From contig DATBAV010000042.1 in NCBI GenBank assembly GCA_036271315.1, positions 47,256 through 111,255 on the forward strand: a DNA stretch of 64,000 bases, in the 5' to 3' direction. Under the pieces are notes generated by a model. The model was not told where the DNA came from. It saw only the letters and a program-made list of their open reading frames with translations, and did no database searches. A program made the position numbers and the translations under genes. This stretch comes from Solirubrobacterales bacterium. GTDB taxonomy: Bacteria; Actinomycetota; Thermoleophilia; Solirubrobacterales; 70-9. Numbering within the stretch: the first letter of the stretch is position 1; every line of letters begins with the position of its first letter. Below are positions 58,040 through 64,000 of the stretch, piece after piece.

Positions 58040-59220
58040 TGGCCGAGTACACGCTCAAGGTCCGCCGGTATCAGCCCGAGTCGGGCGAGGGCGCCTACTG
58101 GGAGGAGTTCAAGGTCGAGCTCGATCCCTCGCTCTCCGTCCTCGACGGTCTGCTGCAGGTCAAAGACCGCGACGACGGCTCGCTCTCGGTGCGCTGCTCC
58201 TGCCGCGCCGCGATCTGCGGCTCCTGCGGGATGAAGGTCAACGGCCAGTCCACCCTTGGCTGCAAGACCCAGGTCGGCGAGGCGCTGGAGATGGCCGAAC
58301 GGAAAGCCAGCGTCAGCCCCAGCGCCGACGGCGGCACGCCGCCGATCGTGATCGAGCCGATGGGAAACATGCCCGTGATCAAGGACCTGATCACCGACAT
58401 GGAGTCGACCCACTGGACCAAGATCCGCCGCGTCACCCCCTGGCTCCTCCCCCACGGCGAGGCGCCCGAGCGCGAGTACGTAGTCGAGCCCGAGTCGATG
58501 ATCGACATCACCCAGTCGATGGCCTGCATCCAGTGCGGCGCCTGCGTCTCCTCCTGCCTCTCGATGGAAGCCGACCCCGAGTTCATCGGCCCGGCCGCGC
58601 TGGCCAAGGCCTATCGCTTCGTCGGCGATCCGCGCGACGCCGAGACCAAGGAGCGCCTCCACGACCTCGCCCACGACCCGCACGGGATCTACGATTGCAC
58701 CCACTGCTTCAGCTGCATCGACGCCTGCCCCAAGGGCGTGGCGCCGATGGACCAGATCATGCGCCTGCGCCGCAAAGCCGGCGAAGAGGGTATTGACGAC
58801 GACCCCAACAACGGCCACAGCCACGAGGAGGCCTTCGTCAAGATCATCGAGAAGAAGGGCACGCTCGACGAGGCACTGCTGGTGCAGGAGTCCTACGCGC
58901 CCGGCGTCAAAGGCAAGCTCAAACCCTCGATGGGCGCGATCAAGGGCCTGATCGAGTCGCTGCCGACGGTGCTGCGGGCGATCAAGACCGGCAAGGCGCG
59001 CTCGGCCCACAAGGTAATCCCCGGCCTCCACCCCAAGCTGCCCGGCGGCGCCCAGGACGAGGTCAAGGCGATCTACAAGCACGCCGAGGAGCACCGTGAG
59101 GAATTCAACATCTACATCGCCGGAGAAGACGAGGACTTCGTCGAACCGGAGCCCGATGAGCCGACCGATGAGACCTTGACAGCGGAGGCGGCCGCGGCCG
59201 CGGAAAGCGAGGAGTCGTGA
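58039..59220 (+). CDS. sdhB: succinate dehydrogenase/fumarate reductase iron-sulfur subunit with ~140-aa C-terminal extension
   Basis: ATG 58039 overlaps the sdhA TAA. Cluster motifs are [22 protein letters not shown] and [12 protein letters not shown]. The tail has an amphipathic segment followed by an acidic segment. Confidence 0.9.
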   Translation: MAEYTLKVRRYQPESGEGAYWEEFKVELDPSLSVLDGLLQVKDRDDGSLSVRCSCRAAICGSCGMKVNGQSTLGCKTQVGEALEMAERKASVSPSADGGTPPIVIEPMGNMPVIKDLITDMESTHWTKIRRVTPWLLPHGEAPEREYVVEPESMIDITQSMACIQCGACVSSCLSMEADPEFIGPAALAKAYRFVGDPRDAETKERLHDLAHDPHGIYDCTHCFSCIDACPKGVAPMDQIMRLRRKAGEEGIDDDPNNGHSHEEAFVKIIEKKGTLDEALLVQESYAPGVKGKLKPSMGAIKGLIESLPTVLRAIKTGKARSAHKVIPGLHPKLPGGAQDEVKAIYKHAEEHREEFNIYIAGEDEDFVEPEPDEPTDETLTAEAAAAAESEES

Positions 59221-60125
59221 GCGAGCAGATCAAGGTCGCCTACTGGCCCGGCTGCGTCTCGCGCGGCTTCACCACCGAGCTGCACGGCTCGATGGCGATC
59301 GCCGCCCAGAAGCTCGACATCGAGTTGGTCGAACTCGACCGCGCCAACTGCTGCGGCGCCGGCGTCATCGCCGAGCACAACCAGGAGCTGGCCGACACGC
59401 TCAACGCCCGCACCTTCGCCCTCGCTCAGCAGACCGGCCTCTCGATGATGAACATCTGCTCGACCTGCCAGGGCGCGCAGTCGGAGTGCCAGCAACGACT
59501 CGACGCCGACTCCTCCTACCGCGCCCACATCAACGAGGTGCTGAGCGGCCAGGGCCTCTCCTACGAGAAGGGCAAGGACGGCTTCACCAACAAGAACTTC
59601 CTCTGGTTGCTGGTCGAGGACTACGGCCTCGACCGCCTCGCCGAGAAGGTGACGCGCCCGCTCAGCGGCCTGCGCGTAGGCCCCTTCTACGGCTGCTATG
59701 TGGTCCGCCCCAAGGAGCGGCTCGGCTACGACGAGTTCCCCGAACGCGATCTCTACCTGGAGAAGGTGATCGAGGCGCTCGGCGGCGAGGTCGTCGAGTA
59801 CGACGGCGCCCGCAAGTGCTGCGGCTTTCCCGTGATCACGATGAACCGCGACACCTCGCTGCGCCAGGCCGGCACCCACGTCGGCGACGCGCTCGACGCC
59901 GGCGCCGACTGCCTCGTCACCCCCTGCCCCCTCTGTCACCTCAACCTCGACATGCAGCAGCCCGAGGCGGCCAAGGTGGTCAATAGGGACTTGGGCCTCG
60001 CGGTCCTGCATCTCCCCCAGCTCGTCTCGCTCGCCCTCGGCGCCTCGCCGAAGGAACTGGGGATGAGCAAGCACATCGCTTCGACCAAGTGGGTTGAAGA
60101 GCGGCTTGCTGCGGTTCCTGCCTGA
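59217..60125 (+). CDS. HdrB-like CCG-domain protein (SdhE-type subunit of non-classical succinate:quinone oxidoreductase)
   Basis: Two Cys-rich CCG-type motifs (WPGCVSR...ANCCGAG and FYGCY...RKCCGFP). It overlaps sdhB by 4 nt. 302 aa. Confidence 0.85.
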   Translation: MSEQIKVAYWPGCVSRGFTTELHGSMAIAAQKLDIELVELDRANCCGAGVIAEHNQELADTLNARTFALAQQTGLSMMNICSTCQGAQSECQQRLDADSSYRAHINEVLSGQGLSYEKGKDGFTNKNFLWLLVEDYGLDRLAEKVTRPLSGLRVGPFYGCYVVRPKERLGYDEFPERDLYLEKVIEALGGEVVEYDGARKCCGFPVITMNRDTSLRQAGTHVGDALDAGADCLVTPCPLCHLNLDMQQPEAAKVVNRDLGLAVLHLPQLVSLALGASPKELGMSKHIASTKWVEERLAAVPA

Positions 60126-60145
60126 TTCGCTGACCTGAACGGGGT

Positions 60146-60213
60146 GAGCGCGTGCGCAGGGGTCTGCGGACGCGCTTCGCGCTGAGTGTCCGCAGACCCC
60201 TGCGCACGCGCTC
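60146..60213. repeat. 26-bp perfect inverted repeat (hairpin, 16-nt loop) just downstream of the sdh operon; possible terminator or REP-like element
   Basis: GAGCGCGTGCGCAGGGGTCTGCGGAC (60146-60171) pairs with GTCCGCAGACCCCTGCGCACGCGCTC (60188-60213). Confidence 0.75.
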
Positions 60214-60336
60214 TTCTCGATTCGGAGAGCAGATCAAGCAGGATCAGCTCCAAGAAGTCCATCCACTCTGTCTCGAAAGCTCAAGGCTCTGGGACTTCGG
60301 CGAGCTCGGCACCTTGGAGCGAACCTCAGTCGGAGG

Positions 60337-60516
60337 TCAGTGGGTGGCGCGGATGATGCTTAGGACGATCGAGGCGATGCTTACGGCGACCATGGTTGCG
60401 GTGAGGCCGTGCATGATCAGGCGGAAGGTGAAGTCTCGGCGCTCTCGTTCCTTGATCTCGAGACGGTCGATGCGGTCCTCGAGGCGGTTGATTCTGGCTT
60501 CCTCCCAAGTCTCCAT
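60337..60516 (-). CDS. possible 59-aa tail-anchored membrane protein (below the ORF-track size cut-off)
   Basis: My own translation is METWEEARINRLEDRIDRLEIKERERRDFTFRLIMHGLTATMVAVSIASIVLSIIRATH*. It has a charged coiled-coil-like N-terminus, one TM helix and G/C-ending codons. Confidence 0.35.
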   Translation of the reverse strand: METWEEARINRLEDRIDRLEIKERERRDFTFRLIMHGLTATMVAVSIASIVLSIIRATH

Positions 60517-60571
60517 GGGCGCTTAGTTTAGCAGACAAAAAGTTGCACACCGGAGGCGGGTGCGTGTTTGT

Positions 60572-61771
60572 TCAGCCAGCTCTGTCGAGGCCGACGCGGC
60601 GGGCCAGCCATTTGGCGCCGACAGTGTCGGTGAGGCCGTGGGCGACGATCGAGCAGACGATCGCTATCGCGGCGATGTCGAAGATCAGGTTGCTGTCGGC
60701 GACGTCGGACTTGAGCACGAAGAGGGCGAAGAGCATCGAGGCGACGCCCTTGGGGCCGAACCAGGCCATGAAGAGCTTCTGCGGGCGCGGGATGCCGGTT
60801 TTGATGAAGGAGATCATCACCGCCAGCGGCCTGGCGACGATCAGGGCGAAGACGACGAAGAGGATCAGCGGCGGGATGCTGTGGTGGAAGCCGGTGGCGA
60901 CGATCAGGGCGCCGAAGACGAAGAAGGTCAGCACCTGCAGGATCGCGCTGGCGTTCTCGGCGAACTCGACGAAGCCCTCAGGCACGTCGCGCTCGGTTGC
61001 CGCCATCGCGATGCCGCAGACGAAGGCGGCGATCAGGCCGTTGCCGATCGTCACTTCGGCGAGGCCGAAGGCGAAGAGGGCGATGCCGACCGCGTAGATC
61101 CCCTCGTAGCGGGCGGTCATCCCGCCACCCGGCAGGTGGTGATGGAGGCGGCCGCCGAGGGTGCCGAGGCCGACGCCCACGGCGGCGCCAAAGAGAGCCT
61201 CGCCGACCAGCTTCGCCGCTTCGCCGCCCGGATCGCCGCCGGGGCCGGCGAGGACGAGGAAGAAGAGGACGAAGGGCAGGGCCAGCCCGTCGTTGAGGCC
61301 GGACTCGAGGTTGAGCGTGTGGCGAACCGAGGCCGGCACGATCCGCGAGGTGACGACGGCCGAGGTGACGACCGGATCGGTCGGCGAGAGCACCGCCGCC
61401 AGCAGCAGCGCCTCGGCCCAGCTCAGGTCAGGAAAAAGGCCCTTCGCGGCAAGCCCCAGCAGCGCCATCGTGATCGGCATCGCGATCACCAGCGCCCGCG
61501 CCACCGGGCTCCAGTGCTTACGCAACAGCTCTCGCTCGACGAACATGCCGTCGGAGAACAGCGTCAGGATCAGCGCCAGCTCGACCAGCTGGACGATCGA
61601 CTCGGATTTTGGGTCGATGTCGATGACGCCGACGGCGGCGAGCAGCACCCCCAGCGCCACCGAGAGCACCGAAGCCGAGAGCACAGTGCCCTTCATCACC
61701 CCCGAGAGCGCCGCGACGGCCGTCAGCAGCCCGCCGAAGATCAGCACTCCGTCGCCGAAACCGATGCCCAT
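60572..61771 (-). CDS. cation:proton antiporter (Na+/H+ exchanger, CPA1-like)
   Basis: 399 aa with about 11 TM helices and exchanger-family patterns (LSPTDPVV, LESGLNDGLALP). Confidence 0.9.
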   Translation of the reverse strand: MGIGFGDGVLIFGGLLTAVAALSGVMKGTVLSASVLSVALGVLLAAVGVIDIDPKSESIVQLVELALILTLFSDGMFVERELLRKHWSPVARALVIAMPITMALLGLAAKGLFPDLSWAEALLLAAVLSPTDPVVTSAVVTSRIVPASVRHTLNLESGLNDGLALPFVLFFLVLAGPGGDPGGEAAKLVGEALFGAAVGVGLGTLGGRLHHHLPGGGMTARYEGIYAVGIALFAFGLAEVTIGNGLIAAFVCGIAMAATERDVPEGFVEFAENASAILQVLTFFVFGALIVATGFHHSIPPLILFVVFALIVARPLAVMISFIKTGIPRPQKLFMAWFGPKGVASMLFALFVLKSDVADSNLIFDIAAIAIVCSIVAHGLTDTVGAKWLARRVGLDRAG

Positions 61772-61777
61772 TGGGGA

Positions 61778-62808
61778 TTATTCGCCGCTGTTGAGCAGGT
61801 TCCGCTCGATCAGCAGCTCGGCAACCTGCACCGCGTTGGTGGCGGCGCCCTTGCGCAGGTTGTCGCCGGCGACCCAGAGATTGAGGGTGCGCTCCTGGTC
61901 GAGGTCGCGGCGGATGCGGCCGACGAGGACGTCGTCTTTCCCGGCCGCGTCGAGCGCCATCGGGTACTTGCCGCTGGCGGGGTCGTCGACGACGATCACG
62001 CCGGGGGCCTCGGCGAGCAGGGCGCGGCAATCGTTGGGCGAGAGGTCCTCGCGGGTACGGACGTTGATCGACTCCGAGTGGCCGCTGATCACCGGCACGC
62101 GGGCGCAGGTGGCGGAGATCGCCACCTCGTCGCCGAAACCGAGGATCTTGCGGGTCTCGGCCATCACCTTGCGCTCCTCGGTCGTGTAATCGTCGCCGTC
62201 CTTGAAGACCTCGACCTGGGGCAGCACGTTGAAGGCGATCTGGTGCGGGTAGATCTGGGCCGGGGGCACGGCTTCGCCCGCCAGCGAGGCCCGCGACTGG
62301 GCGAGCAGCTCCTCGATCGCCCGCTGGCCGGTACCGGAGACGGCCTGGTAGCTGGAGACGACGAGGCGCTCCAAGCCGACCGCGCGGTGGATCGGCGCCA
62401 GCGCCATCATCATCACCATCGTCGTGCAGTTGGGATTCGCGACGATCCCCTTGTGATCGGCCGCCGCGTCGGGGTTGACTCCCGCGACCACGAGCGGCAC
62501 CTCCTCGTACATGCGCCAGTAGCTGGTGTTGTCGACGACGACGGCGCCGGCCTCGACCAGCTGCGGCGCCCACTCGGCGCTGACCGAGCCGCCCGCGGAA
62601 GACAGCACGACATCCAACCCCTGGATCGTCTCCGAGCTGAGCGGCCGGCATTCCAAGGTCGAGCCGTTCCAAGCGATCTCGCGCCCGGCCGAGCGCTCGG
62701 AGGCAAACGGAATGACCTCAGCCGCTGGGAAGTCGCGTTCGGCGAGGATCTCGAGGATCGTCGAGCCGACAGCGCCGGTGGCGCCGAGTACGCCGACGCG
62801 GTACCCGC

Positions 62809-62812
<4 letters not shown>
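61778..62812 (-). CDS. asd: aspartate-semialdehyde dehydrogenase
   Basis: NAD(P) motif [11 protein letters not shown] and active-site ANPNCTT. It overlaps ask by 4 nt. Confidence 0.95.

Positions 62813-64000
<1,188 letters not shown>

Noticed and set aside
60326-60550. 74-aa minus-strand track ORF
   Set aside because: Its Pro/Arg/His-rich composition is implausible. The alternative minus-strand frame gives a cleaner 59-aa tail-anchored protein, which is reported as a low-confidence feature.

Overview
This is a 64-kb window from a very GC-rich chromosome. Hand counts of typical 60-nt stretches give about 70-75% G+C; nothing was computed genome-wide. The gene order looks like Actinomycetota: rsmI-metG-tatD-rsmA-ispE ... 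glmU-prs-rplY(ctc)-pth, as I recall it from Mycobacterium. Housekeeping genes also present are glyQS, hsp20-lon, mdh, icd, sdhA/B, asd-ask, an MMPL transporter and a GT39 glycosyltransferase. I support about 60 protein genes and one tRNA-Gln(UUG). I see no rRNA, CRISPR array, transposase, integrase or phage genes. Many long ORFs in the track (up to 1006 aa) lie antisense to good genes and are GC-content shadow ORFs. Several track ORFs also carry artificial N-terminal extensions, and I moved those starts.

Accessory, lower-GC patches interrupt the backbone:
- 14.7-18.5 kb: secreted protein, alpha-hydroxy-acid oxidase and an ABC transporter.
- 20.0-20.4 kb: an orphan 79-aa gene.
- 25.3-27.8 kb: Mrr-type nuclease, VOC protein and an AlkZ/YcaQ-like glycosylase.
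- 33.5-36.8 kb: M48 peptidase, a triple-DUF1707 membrane protein and a protein combining an unknown domain with an alpha/beta hydrolase.

The most interesting unexplained signal is non-coding. A family of 115-120-nt structured palindromic elements has three copies (12985-13099, 16676-16795, 54989-55108). Each has an AT-rich conserved 75-76-nt core, perfectly complementary 20-22-bp outer arms that differ in sequence between copies, a compensatory base-pair swap in the inner stem, and arms that supply the last codons and the TAG stop of adjacent genes. A second dyad type shares a central 16-mer (CGAATAGCAGCGCTAT); one copy fills the hsp20-lon spacer and the other lies at 39.8 kb. Other long perfect hairpins lie at 8.25 kb and 60.15 kb. 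The sdh locus looks like a non-classical type-E enzyme with an HdrB-like subunit and no membrane-anchor genes. All functional calls rest on motif recognition by eye; no database search was possible.
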